Positions 1 to 13,354 of a DNA stretch of 64,000 nt are shown here, piece by piece. Position 1 is the first letter of the stretch. Every line of letters starts with the position of its first letter. Below the pieces are notes generated by a model. It saw only the letters and a list, made by a program, of their open reading frames with translations. It was not told the DNA's origin and searched no databases. The stretch comes from Eledone cirrhosa (lineage: Eukaryota): positions 191,890,001 to 191,954,000 of the forward strand of contig OZ024743.1 in the NCBI GenBank assembly GCA_964016885.1, in the 5' to 3' direction. The position numbers were made by a program, and so were the translations under genes.

Positions 1-595
1 AGTTCTAGTAAATAAAACACCTAGTGTCTGGTTTCATAAAACAATCTGATAAAGTAACCAAGAAGCAAACAACAGATCACCCAAACAAATGGTCTCTGTC
101 TCGTTTTTCTGTGTTAAACCAATAATATTTTATAATGAAGACCTTCAAATAATACAGAGGCTCGACCAAAACAAATGGCACCATTGCTCGAGAAAAACAA
201 TATATTCCAATTAGCTTCCCCGTCATTAAATGATATTTTAGATTTTAAACTTAGGATTTCCAAGCTGTAAACAATAAAATATCAAAAATAAAAATAAATA
301 AATGAAACAAAAAAAAAGACGAACAGTAAACACTGATGCTTTTAGAAATTGATTATAAAATTAGCAGACGAGAACATAAATTGTTGTTGCTATATTTCCT
401 TTCAAGTTCATTTTAACGAGTCAATAGACAAAAAAAAAAAATGAAAGAAAAAGAAGACAATAAAAAACAGCACAAAAAAGCCTCTCCGAGGATATATAAT
501 TAATGTCTTTGTTTATTTTCTAAAAATATAATGACAGTAGTCATGAATACTTCTCATTAGCTTAGTCACCTCTGCATCTAACAGTCCTACCTTAG

Positions 596-657
<62 letters not shown>

Positions 658-830
658 GAGGTTATATTTAATTTGTTGGGATTCAATAAGCTTAAAAATG
701 TTTATAACTGATATAAAGCACTCAACAGATAGATTAGTGGAGTAAATACACAATATATTAATAAAATAAATATTGTTTTATAAATATAGTTTCCATTTAT
801 TAATATATTGTATATATATATATTTAAAGA

Positions 831-881
<51 letters not shown>

Positions 882-1299
882 CCGTGTTTAAGCGGTTTAG
901 ATTCAGTATATTGTTCCATTGCATGTCGTAAAAAGCGATTAAAAGGGTTAGTGTCAGGAATAGATACCAGCTATAAAGCATTGTCTAAAAGAAACTCCTG
1001 TCCAACCCATGCCAGCATTGAAAAGTCGAAATGATGATGATAATATATTGATATTTATATATTTATTTCATTAGTTTCAACGTCTGTATAGAACTAGTAA
1101 GCCATCACAGACTGAGTGAAATATCTTACAGTTGAAAAAAGATAGACTGAGATAAGTGATTATAGAAATATATATATATATTAAATTTAAATAGGGAAGG
1201 CGAACGGGAGGCAAAATAAGCATAAAAAAAGATAAAGAAAAAATGGAAAACAAGGGCAGCTGTAAAACAGTTAGAAGAATCTGTTGTTTAATCTTTACA

Positions 1300-1560
1300 T
1301 AACATTCATGTACTCAAAGATTTTGTTTCTAATTAGTAAATCTTTAACGATATATTGTATCTCCAATTTGGAAGTCTTTTAATGATCGGCTTCAAGATGT
1401 CTTCTCTCTCAGACTGATAGTTTTTACATTGGAACAAATAGCACCAAAGAGTTTCTGGGATGTCAGTACATAGATATAGAAGTGATTCTCTACGACCACT
1501 CCGTGATAAAATATAGTTCAATAATATATGTCCAGTTCGAAGCCAGCATAGTCTTTTTTT
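1300..1560 (-). mobile_element. Degenerate 3' remnant of an I/Nimb/Ingi-group LINE
   Basis: Minus frame reads LRTGHILLNYILSRSGRRES..C..PET..YLFQCKNYQSER, the decayed RTGH...C...ET..H.L..C..Y...R C-terminal zinc knuckle. Confidence 0.55.
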
Positions 1561-1719
1561 TTAATTAATCTTCATTGCAAACTATCAAAATACATGTGGT
1601 GTAACCAGATAGCCTGTTCTAACAGTAGGATTAAATATATCTCTATTAAACGTATGGATATGATTCCATAAACATAACTAATATTAACCAACCCATATTA
1701 TATTGTTAAAGAAATTGTA

Positions 1720-2089
1720 CTCTCGGGTCCCAAATAATGGGAGGGGGCTAGAACAAGCGGGGGGGGGGGAATCGGTAATTTTCTAGGTTGTGTTCGTTTA
1801 TTTCTTTTTTAATTAGAATTAGTCGTTCAGTTTACATATTGAGACCCCAACCCATCATATTTATTTTATAACGAATGGGATTTCTTGTAATGATCTTTTT
1901 TTTTTATCATGTATGTTTTTTTAATGTCTAAAGAAAATTAATTACAACAGGAATGCTACCACTTAAAATATAATTTCGCCGGAGATAGATTAGCAATATT
2001 TAATAAGCGGGGATGGGGAATAAGAGCAGGAGGGTCGGAAAAAAATCTGAAAAATGAATAAGCAGGGAAGATTATTCGACACCCGAGTG
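1720..2089. mobile_element. MITE, Tc1/mariner-pogo type
   Basis: Imperfect 19-bp TIRs (CTCTCGGGTCCCAAATAAT vs CACTCGGGTGTCGAATAAT), TA on both sides, no coding capacity. Confidence 0.6.
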
Positions 2090-2701
2090 TATATGAAAGT
2101 GTGCCCCTCCCAATTTTGTTTGAATCTTTCAAGAATTTGGAAAGCAGTAGGATTGAATTCATGGCATGAGTGGGAAGTGAACATTTTAACCATGCAGCTC
2201 TGAAGATCCGCTTCAGATGAAACAATTGTTCTCGGTATGGTGAACTAACTGTTGTTTGGCACTTTTTTTATACAACTCTCGCTCTCCTTTTGTATCAACT
2301 GTTGATGGTGCCCATTCCTCTGCTGCGAGGCTCCAGTCAATTGTTCTCTTTGCCACCCCCCATTAAACCTGGTTCTGTGTGCTTATAAGTATGGTAATGG
2401 TTTAGAAGTTCACTTTTTGAAAATTAGAATTGGTGCATTCATAATTTTCAACAAACAAGGGGAGGGCTAAGCTCTGAGGAATACCAACAGTATGAAACAG
2501 AGATCTGTCAGCTTATCTCCCTATGTTTGTTGAAAAAAGAAGTAAGTGACATAGTCACTACTTTAAAACAATAGCGTAAGGTCTTCAAAATGCTTTTAAT
2601 TAAGCATTCAGTGTATTGCAAAATACACTATATATACATTCATATATATATATATATATACTGTAGGAAAAGTATGGTAGAAATATCCAAAGGTAAGAGC
2701 A

Positions 2702-2746
<45 letters not shown>

Positions 2747-4797
2747 TAGGTAGTACGGTGAAATACTAGGTCACCTTGAGCCAATCATCTGCGAAACGTG
2801 TGTAACAGATCAATACGCAATAAATATTTTTCATATGTAAACGAAACTTCCTCGTTTTTTCTATTATATATATATATATAAGGTTGTCTGAGTGAGTGGC
2901 TGCCTTGGACACAGAAATTAGAAAATGAACAGTTACAAAATATATATTGATAATATATATTTTGATGCATAAAGTTGCTGATTCACAGATTTATTAAAAT
3001 TCGATTGTTTATCTCTGAATTCATATTGAAAGAATGAGGAATAGAGAGAGACACACAAAGAGAAAGAGATAAAAAGAGAGACAGACAGAAAGAAAGAAAA
3101 AGATGAGTAAAGTGGATAAAAGTAGAAAAAAGCGTCTTATTTATAATTTGAAGTATGTATTATTCGTAGGACTGGTTATCTCAGTATACTCCCACAGATA
3201 TCTATGCATATAGCTAAAACAAACTTAATAACACATTTATTCACAAAAACAATTCATTGGAAAAAATTTATTAAGTAAACTTTTATGGTAATTCCCTGTG
3301 CAACCAATTTCCAAAGAAAATACAGGAATTCTATCTATTTGTCAAATATTCAGCTGTAATTATGCTGGTAATATCAAAGTTTATATGAATTTACAGTTAA
3401 TTAGATATAATTTATGTCGTTTATATTAATATTTAATTTGTCTGGTTGAATAGATAATTGATTTTTCAAGCCAATTATCATTAATCGAATATAAGTTTAG
3501 GGTGCTCTTCTTATCTATGTTTTGTTGATTCAAGTTCTTAATTATTTTCTTATGGATCATAGAGTATTAGCGAAGTTCATTAGTGTCGAATAGTTAATTT
3601 CTTAGTGAATTTATTTTGATGATTTTCCTATATTTATGTCATTAAAGGAAATACATTCTTACAAGATGAGAAAATGTATTCATAATTAGAGTACTAATAT
3701 AGATATCATCATCATCACCATTTAATGTCCATTTTTCCATGCTTGCATGGGTCAGACATGTCATCCACGCTGAGGGATAAGTCTGACCAGGATTGGCGAT
3801 GCTGTACCTTGCTCTAACAGGACTGCAAATTTTACAGCTGGATGCCCTTCCTAACACCAACCACATTTACAGTGTGGTATGGTGGGTTAAAACATGTAAC
3901 ATCTCATGTTTATTATATACATGGGTTTCTTTAAAACAACTGAAGTTTTATGCATCATTATATATATTTGTTACTGATTGAAATTACCAAGATCTTCTTA
4001 GCAAGATTGGTGGAATGGTTTCTAGTCATATTTTGGGTGATTAAAATTGGGATCTATATGTATTAGTGAATAATTATTTGGTTTAATATATGACTAGAAT
4101 ATATTGTTATTAGGGTTAAATTTTACATCTAGGAAAGTGGTTATTTAAAAGATGCTACTTACTGTAATTTTTACACCCATTTCATTGAATAGCTTGATTA
4201 GGCTGAATTGACAGTTGACCATTAATGTTTTTTTAGGAATTAATCAGCTGTCATCTCTATAAATATAAAATTAATCTCTATTAATATAAAATTTATTGTG
4301 TATTATGTTTAGAATAAATATGCCAATTAAATTTCTTATTCTTGCAGATTCTGTAACTCCCACGTTTTCTTCTAAATGTTCAGTACTATGTTTTTGTTAT
4401 ATATATGCTATTCATAATCATCATCATCGTTTTAAAGTTTGCTTTCCTTGGTAGCAAGGGTTTGATGGTCTACATAGATCAAGTCAGTAATAAAATGTGC
4501 TACTGATCTCCCAGTCAGGCCAAGGATCTGCATCTCATTTAGGTACAGTCACACGTTCTACTGAGTCCACAGGAGAGGTTGTCATGTCTTTGACACAACT
4601 GAGGCTCCTCTCAATCCTTTGTTTGGCAAGCTTTCTACAGCTGGATGCCCTTCCTGTAATTCATGTAAAAAGTTTATTTTCTAGCATGTATTATTATTTA
4701 TATATCATTTATGTATGATAGTGGAGTAATGCTTGGCAAATTCTATAGTTTTGACAGTAAATGTTTTGTTAATGAATAGGGGTGATCAATAATATTA

Positions 4798-4875
4798 AAG
4801 TAAGTAAATGTTGTTCCAATGTTGATATCTGTTTTCAAGTAAGTAAATGTTGTTCCAATGTTGATATCTGTTTTC
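4798..4875. repeat. Perfect 39-bp tandem duplication
   Basis: aagtaagtaaatgttgttccaatgttgatatctgttttc x2. Confidence 0.9.
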
Positions 4876-5074
4876 AAATTTGTAGTTAGTTTTAATGAAA
4901 ATGTTTTCCTGGTGATTTCCACTATTGTTTTACATGGAATTATAGAATTATAATTTGTGCTCAGAATTTATTCATAAAATAAAGCTTACAGTCTTTTATA
5001 AGAATCTTATCTCTGTTTTCTATGCTAAATTTGTGGCAACATGTTTGACCTCCTTTTATTATAGAAGTTAGTGT

Positions 5075-5825
5075 ATCGGTGGATTGGCAGTATTGGTAGA
5101 GGGTCGGACACCATGCTTTGAAGCATAGAGTTACGGCCCTTGCCATTATGAGTTAAAATCCCGCCAAGGTTAACTTTGCCTTTCATCCTTATGGAGTCGA
5201 TAAAATAAAGTACCAGTAATACACTGGGTAATTGTTGACCTTGTGCCAAAAGTAGAAACAATTATTAGCTGTTGCTAGGACGTTTTGCAGCATATAGTTA
5301 TGTCCCTTTACACTCTGCGTTCTGATCCCACTGAGGTTAGTTTTGTCTTTCGTCGTTATGGGGTCGATAAAATAAAGTACCAGTAATGCACTGATGTTGA
5401 TTTAATCAACTTTCCCCTCCCCAAAATTGTTGGCTTTGTGCCTAAATCAGAAACTATTATTATTTGTTGTTGTTTTTTTATAATGACTAGTGATGTTGTT
5501 GCTATAGCATTTTATACATTACAAATAGTTTGCACGATTGGATTTAAATCCTATTATGACAGTCATCAGAGAGTCAATTCTAATAAAATGATATATCAAG
5601 GATCTTAGAATCTAATTTACTAATAATATTCCAGGGCAGTGGATTGGCAGTATCAGTAGAGAGTCGGACACCATGCTTTACAGCAAAGAGTTACGGCCCT
5701 TTATGGTCTGAGTTCAAATCCCGCCGAGGTTAAGTTTGCCTTTCATCCTTATGGGGTCGATAAAATAAAGTACCAGTAATACACTGGGATAATTGCAAGC
5801 CTTGTGCCAAAAGTAGAAACAATAT
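5075..5825 (+). mobile_element. Three copies of a tRNA-derived SINE (family 1, possibly MetaSINE-like core)
   Basis: A-box-like tggcagtatcggtaga, B-box-like gagttcaaatcc, core tttgcctttcatccttatggggtcgataaaataaagtaccag, (ATT)n tail. Other copies at ~6590-6760(-), 12515-12730(+), 32270-32425(+), 33530-33625(-), 48760-48820(-), 51280-51430(+), 57350-57430(-). Confidence 0.8.
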
Positions 5826-5844
5826 TCCAGTCTATATACAATTG

Positions 5845-6242
5845 CAGTGACTACAGAGGACATGTGTAAACTGGAGAGAAATGAAGCAGCCATGCTTCAT
5901 TGGATGTGCTTCAATGTAAATGTGAGAGAAAAGCAGAGCTTGAATGAACTGAGGGAGAAACTGAGTTTAAGAGAAACCAGAATTAGAGCAAAAAAGAAGA
6001 CTGCATTGGTATGGACAAGTAATGCACATGGATGATGAAATGCCAGGAAATCCCAGTGGAAGGAAGCCACAGTAGAGATATACCATGGAAGAACTTGGCA
6101 GAGAGCTGATCTCAAATCGTTGAAATTCACAGAGAAGATTACGAAGAAACATAGCAAGTGGAGAGATGCTGAGCAGAAATGAACCCAGCCAACCCATGCA
6201 AGCATGGAAAAGCAGGCATAAAAACGATGATGATGATGATAA
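5845..6242 (+). mobile_element. Degenerate RTE 3' fragment
   Basis: LERNEAAMLHWMC...LREKL, then aacccatgcaagcatggaaaa and a (GAT)n tail. Confidence 0.8.
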
Positions 6243-8239
6243 AAACAATGCTAGAATGTTTCAAATACTTCAGTCAGTTCTCTGTTAACTAAATTGTAAT
6301 CTGGATACACAGGGTGAAGATAAAAGAATTAGTCAGTGTGAAAAATGTGGATTATCATAATTTCATGCATACATTACTAAGATGGCAACAATGTTCAGAC
6401 AACTAGCATGAGAACAATTGCAACATGTGAACAAATCATGTTAGTCTTGTGGAAGACATCTGGATTATTGTTCCAGCTATAGCCACCTCATTGTACTTAG
6501 CTAACTGCTGAAATGGCATCAATACAGTGGTTTTACACCATGGTGGTTAAATTATGATAACATGTAAATGGCTGATAGACGTTGGAGCACCAACATAGTG
6601 ATGAGGGGGAAAAGTCAATTACATCAATGTGACTGGAACTTTATTTTATCGACCCCAGAAGGATAAAAAGCAAATATGATCTTGGCATGATTTAAACTCA
6701 AATTGTGGAAGGCTGTAACTAAATATGGCAAAACATTTTGTTAGATGCTCAAATAATTCTATTAATCCCTTGAAGAACACAGAGCAACTGACAGTAAACT
6801 TTGCCACTGAAAGTGATGTAAATCCCCAAAACCAGAATCACTAGAGAGTGCCAACATTCTGTCCTATATGGTACAATAATTCAAATTTCAATACTGTTGT
6901 ATAAAACTTATGGGTTCTGAAATGAGTAATTGCCCCTCTATTTAACCTATATTACAGTAAGAGAGAAATATGTGTATAGCAGGATCAAACATTCAAAGCA
7001 AAAGCTACAGCATTATTGATAGCAGAGCTCAAAATGACTACAGGCAATTTATTGAAACAAGAGAAAGAGTAAAAAGAGTATATAGTTCATTCATTATATA
7101 TATATTTTAATTTCTATTAACCTCGAAATCCTGGTATGCTAAATTCAATTTCTAATGACAAAACTGTAAAATATATTAACATTTTAAAATTTGTATACCA
7201 AGTTCTATATAAAAAATATCTCACTCATCATGCTTTATACATAAAACACACACATACCTCCCCAAATTTCAAGTTTAATACAGTATTGAAATGTTGTAGT
7301 ATTAGTTCCACAATAAAATGTGCTCAGTCCACACAGGAATATGGAAGTGCTGCTGCCATGATAAAATGCACACAGCCCACACAGTAAAGCGATAGTGCTG
7401 GTGCCAATAAAAACTACCTAGTTCACTGTCAGGTGGTAGTGGTTGTACCATGAGAAAACAAACCTGGTATATGCCATGAAGTGGTTGCCATTAGGAAAGG
7501 CATCTGGCCATATTATTCATACCAAAATGGATTGTATGAGCAAGTCTCAAAAAATGACAACCCATCTAACCCATGCATGCATGGAAAATGGATATAAAAC
7601 AGTGATGATAATGATGATGATGATGATGATTTATTTCAATAACCATACACAGAAAAATGCAAATATTAGACATAATCATATGCATATTTGCATATGTCAA
7701 AATTCACATGCATATAAATATTACCATTTGAATATGCATATTTAAAGAAGTGTATATATATATCAACATTACTTTTTAAATATGCAATTACATATAAACA
7801 CTCAGTAGTTAAGCATTTCTATATATCTTTTGTTTTGTTTGTAGTTTCTCTTTTCAAATTATAGCTGGTAATAACTACCACAAATTAATGACAAAGTATC
7901 AATAAAAATGAGACTCAAAAAAGAAATATTAAAAACAACTCTACGAATAAATATTCTTAAAATGTAGTAATATTTTTTCTTCTTTTATTAGTATAATTTT
8001 TTTATAATGGGTATGCATATGTATATATCTTGTTTTGTTTAAAATTGTCAGCAAGAAAATTATTGAATTTTCTTCTCTGGTAGAAAATAAGTTGCAGTTT
8101 CTCAAAATCAAGACTGTCAATACTGGAAGATTCTATCTTTCCTTGTCAGAATGCTAATATATATACACATATATACACATATTGCTGGTGGTGGTGAGAG
8201 GGTGTGTATATATATATACATATTGCTGGTGGCAAGAAG

Positions 8240-8285
<46 letters not shown>

Positions 8286-8318
8286 AAGAAATTAAAAGAT
8301 GGTTAAAAAAGTTCCATA

Positions 8319-8388
8319 TATTTTATTATGCACATTTCGAAAACAACATCATCCTGGGGCAAAAATTGTGTTCTCATCAGATAAAATA
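8319..8388 (-). ncRNA. Second hammerhead copy (3' pseudo-LTR)
   Basis: Reverse complement reads tattttat CTGATGA gaacac...gttttc GAAA tgtgca TA ataaaata. Confidence 0.7.
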
Positions 8389-10964
8389 AGGTAACATGAT
8401 ATGAGGCCTAAAAACACTTGTGAACAAGAAAGTGTCCAGTCTACATATGACAAAAATATAAAAGAAGAGAAAAAATAGGAAAAATGAAGAAAAGGAAAGA
8501 AGAAGGAAAAAGAAATAGAAGAGAGGAAAAAAGAAAGAAAGAAGGAGGGGAGAGAAAGAGAAAGAGAGAGACTTTTGATCAGGAACGCTGTCAAAAATGA
8601 AAAACAGCTGTAAATAACGGTTAAAAAAATAAATAAATAAATTGATGAGGTGTATGTGCTAATATTACAAATATTAGAGGTCTAGAATATAGAAAGTGGG
8701 TATATTATTTTATATTGAGTTTGAATACTAAAAATTGGATTAAGAAGTGTAAAAATGTATTAATAAAATAAAATAAAATAAAATTAAATTAAATTAAATT
8801 AAAAATAATTATAATAATTATAAAAAAAAAGGTTTTTTAAATAAAATAAAATAAAATAAAATAGAATAGAATAAAAAATAAAAATAAGAATAGTCTATCT
8901 ATGTCAAAATTAAAAATTACTATTAAAAATTTATATATGTGAGGTATAGTATTTAATTATTATTTTATATCAACAAGTAAATAAAGGAAATTGCTAGAAA
9001 GGTTTATAAACGTAGAAAGACATATGACGTCATAGTTTGTTTACAAAATCTACGAAGGTTTGAACGAAAATTTAAGGCAATAGAGGAAAAAAAGGTGAAA
9101 GGCTTAAAAATGCAGAGAAAAGGTAATTAATACATTGTAGAATATAATGAAATATGTGAAAAATAATGTGTGAAAAGATATGTGTAAAAAATTAACCGTT
9201 ATTCGTGGAATATGTTATAGGACATTAGCTGTATACTTTGTGAAAGGTCTTAAAAGATTTATGATTACAAAGACCAAATAAGTCTGTACATCTATTTATT
9301 AAAGAGTTGAAATTCGAGATAATAGTAAATTTTTCAGTTCGACATATATAACAAACCCTAGATATGGAAGCATTGGAGTAAGGAAAAGCGTTGCAAATTT
9401 TACGCCAAGAAAGTTCGTAATTAATGTTTTTATCTTTTAAGGACCAAATAAGTTCTGAGAGTGCGGTGCTGGTCCTTTTAAGTGGATATTTAAATGTAGA
9501 AGAATGGTTATAGAGTCTTGCTTTAAAAGAAGTAGAAGTAGAGCCAATGTAGGTATAGGTATTGGTACTAGTTACCACTTTACATTCGTATACTAAGTTT
9601 TTATCGAGACAGAAATTACTAAGAGGACAATTAGTTCTAATAGGGCAGTTGCATTTACGATTAAGATTATTAACAGAGTTATTTGCAAGTGGCCCAGGAT
9701 TATTTATAATAGGAACTGGAGTGGTGGAATTAGCTAAAGGAGGGGCTAAGGATTCCTGATTTACATTACTATTTGAAGCATTCCTCAAAGTTACGTTTGA
9801 CGTCGTATTTATATTTATGTTATTTTGCCTAGAGTTTACATTGACGTCGGGCCTTAGAGTGTTATTATTATGACTCTCATGGTTGGATGCATATGAGTTA
9901 TTATTTAATATTTTAGAATTATGTCTTGAGATAATTTTAGAAATGTTGGAAGTAGTGGAATATGAGAATTTAATGGTATGCTTATTAAAAATCTTGCTAT
10001 TATATGTGAAGGGGGGAAGCTGTTATCTAAAGTCCTAAAAAATAAATTAGGGATATTACTAATAAGTGAAAGAGAGATATTTTTATATCTAGGTCTCCTC
10101 TTTATGTTACTGGTATGATTATTACTAGCTACATTACTATAAGTTCTGCCAAGATTAGTTTCCTTAGTGTATCTAATTTTGTCTGGATATCCAGCCCTAG
10201 ATAATGCATGTTTATAATAGTTGGCATTAGCATCGAAGATATGTTTATTAGAGGATAAATTTGAAATTCTTTTTTCAACACTTCTGACTATAGCAGTTTT
10301 AACATTATTAGGGTGGTTTGATTTAAAGTTAACATAATTTAGGTTCTCGTTATCCTTATGGTATGCGTAATATAGGCGGGTATCTAGATTAAGGGATATA
10401 TCAAGGAAATTTGCTAATTTATCATTATTCTCGAATTCTATTTTTAGGTTAAGATGCTTAAATAGTTCAAGTATATTTTTCTTAATAATATTAAAGTTTA
10501 CTTTGTTACAATTTAAGACAGTAAAAAGAGCATCATCACGATATATTCCACAGCGAAGTTGGGGAATTTTCCGATTTAAAGAGTTCAAGATGAAAATTCC
10601 AACCAAGTCTGTCAATTGAGCTGAATCCGACGAACCCATGGCGATGTCGAAATTGTTGGAAGTATCCGCTCTTGTCCAATATTCATTGTTAAATTCCAGG
10701 ATGGTTTTCCTTGCGGTGAGAATTATGTTCAATTCATCAGTAGTGATGTCCGAGTATTTAGACGCATATGAGAGAGCCTTGTTAAGGAGTGAAGGAGAAA
10801 TAGAAGAGTAATAGCTAGCAATGTCTAACAATAAATTTTAGTTTGTTTTTATTATTCAGGTCATTGAGCCAGTCTATCACAAAGTACTCGACCATAAATT
10901 TAATTGAGATTTAGAGCTAACCCGTGGGATAGTTCTATCCAAGATGGATTTACTAACAACCCCC

Positions 10965-11031
10965 TATTTTATCTGATGAAAACACAATTTTTGTCCCAGG
11001 GTGGTGTTTTCGAAATGCGCATAATAAAATA
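10965..11031 (+). ncRNA. Type I hammerhead ribozyme motif in Penelope pseudo-LTR
   Basis: UAUUUUAU-CUGAUGA-AAACAC..GUGUUU-UC-GAAA-UGCGCA-UA-AUAAAAUA: 8-bp stem I, stem II, palindromic stem III AUGCGCAU, AUA cleavage triplet. Confidence 0.75.
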
Positions 11032-11153
11032 TATGGAACTTTTTTAACCATCTTTTAATTTCTTCTTTATATATACTCCAGTTCTACCAACTGTTGAGTG
11101 CTACTTATCTGATATATGCATAGTTTTATTGTTCTACAATATTACTCACCTCC

Positions 11154-11220
<67 letters not shown>

Positions 11221-13354
11221 TATATTGAGTTAGAAACTCAAAATAGTCTTTTACAATTAAATAGCTCAAGGAAGGGAATCTTTCCGAGCCGTGTAATACA
11301 ATTGAATATTGTATCGGTGTTCATCCCTCTCATATATTCAATTGTATATATATATATATATACCACACACACACCATCTCACCACCACCACAATCATCAC
11401 AATCATTTAATGACTGTTTTCTCTACAAGCATGCAAAATAGATGCAAAATGTGCAGGTGCTACAGTACATCAAAGTCAACACAGCAACTATTTTAATTAG
11501 ATTTGAACTCATCGTCATGTAATTAATAGTCAACACCACCTTAAACTCATAATCATTGTGTTATATTATATTTGGTAAATATGACTAAGAAATTAAAAGG
11601 AGTAGCGCTAGTGTGATATGAGCTTATTTTATCTCACTATACTTTGTGAGATATAATAGTTAATATTTCACTCTGAGCAAAGGTATTGTGTATATCAGAC
11701 AATAAACCTTATATTTAGATATATAACTACCATGAATGAATGAATACATGAAGGAATAATCTTTTATTTATTTGTCCATTCACTTGTCAATGAATGTCTG
11801 CATTCTTGGCTACAGCTATATAGCAATGGGTGTTTGCGTGTATGTCTGTGTGTGTGTGTCTGTGCATGTGTGTGTGTGTGCACGCATGTGTTTGCGTGTG
11901 TGTGTGTTAAATATGATTTAAATTTGATTCTATGACAGTCTAGAAGAGGTGCATTAAAATATCAATGCAGCTTAATATGATGGGATTGCATTACTGTTAT
12001 ACTTGGACCAACTTTGTGCATTATATTCTACTTCGCCACAGATAATCCATAGCTGAACTATGTTATTATCATCGTATTTGTATATAGCTAGCTCAACTAA
12101 AACCCACATAAAGTATTATTATCAGCTTATGAGATGAAGCTTTATTCCTTGCACATTTTAAAGGATTAAGTGTTTTTCTTCTGAGCTGTGAAGAACTGGA
12201 ATGTTGCCATTTGCAGTAAACAACTTAAAACAGCTCCCAGTCAGAAAGTGATGGACAAAGTACTTTTATTTAATCATAACATAAACAGAGAATTGACAAG
12301 TCACCAATTAAATTAAATGACAATATGGGAGTGGTAAGTTGTGTCACAAACTTGTCTAAGAGAAGAGAAAAACATGTAATGCTGTTTTTTCCTGATTACT
12401 TATTCCCTGTAAAATATAACTTTTCATTGTCTCCAGCAAACAATATTGTTAGTAAAATATTAGAGTTTATATTGGGTTTGTAGTTCTTTGCATTATTTTT
12501 AAGGAAATAGTTTTAAGGGCAGTAGACTGACAGAATCATTAGTGCATTGGGTGAAATGCATTGCAGTATTTTGTTATGAATCTCTTACACGCTGGTTTCA
12601 AATCCTGCTGAGCGCAACTTTGGCTTCCATTCTTCCTTGGTTGATAAAATAAAGTACCATTCTTGTAATGGGGTCGATATAATTAACTTACTCCTACAAT
12701 TTCTCGTCTTGTGCCTATAGGAGAAACCATTATTTTGAAGGAAAAAGAAAAAACTATGTTAGTCATATGATTCACTGAATTTAATTCCTATAATACCAAA
12801 CTGCCTGAAAACACCCCTAGTTCTATGATACAAAAATTTGTTTTAAAAAGCATATATTTATCTAAAAACCTTCTATTATGATTTTATGTAAGAACCCTTG
12901 TTAAGCAATACTCCAAATACCATCTGAATAATAGGTGAGTTATTTTACTAAACCCCTTCAAATTCTTCATTTATTTTGGGGTTTTTTTTATTAGAGATAT
13001 GGCAATGGAATGGTTAATCCTAACTTTATGACAAGTTTATGTGAAATGGAATTGACCCGTTTATTAGATGCATATATATATGATATTGCTACTGCTTTAA
13101 TGACAAATTCCTAATTAGTCACACAGCAACATCATTTGAAGAATTTACTGTGGGTTTTCATCTGCTTCAGGCAATATACATTATACATTAGTGTATTTTG
13201 TTAGGATATAGGTATTTGTATATTTGCAGTAGTCTACATGAATAAACTAATGAAAATGCCCATCATTCTAATAGACCATTCATTCCAAGCAACTATATAA
13301 GGTACATAAATACTATTTATCGACTATCTGTATGCTCTCTCTCTCTATATATAT

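Larger units (their letters stand above)
8281..11150 (-). mobile_element. Penelope-like element (RT + C-terminal GIY-YIG), 5'-truncated, frameshifted, with inverted pseudo-LTR
   Basis: RT ORF 9905-10831 (DIASYYSSI, IAMGS, YRDD, NFLDI). EN ORF 9225-9788 (CNCx5Cx5C linker, LVY...YIG, CYICRTEK, CNH). 8281-8388 recurs inverted at 10965-11070. (TA)n on both flanks. Confidence 0.9.

Noticed and set aside
114-264. Possible minus-strand exon after a tttacag acceptor (LEILSLKSKISFNDGEANW...)
   Set aside because: Only ~50 codons, no recognisable homology and no convincing partner exon.
2661-2870. Hammerhead near gcgaaacgtgtgta
   Set aside because: Only a GAAA half with no CUGANGA; at most a PLE scrap between TA tracts, like 11217-11345 and 59481-59790.
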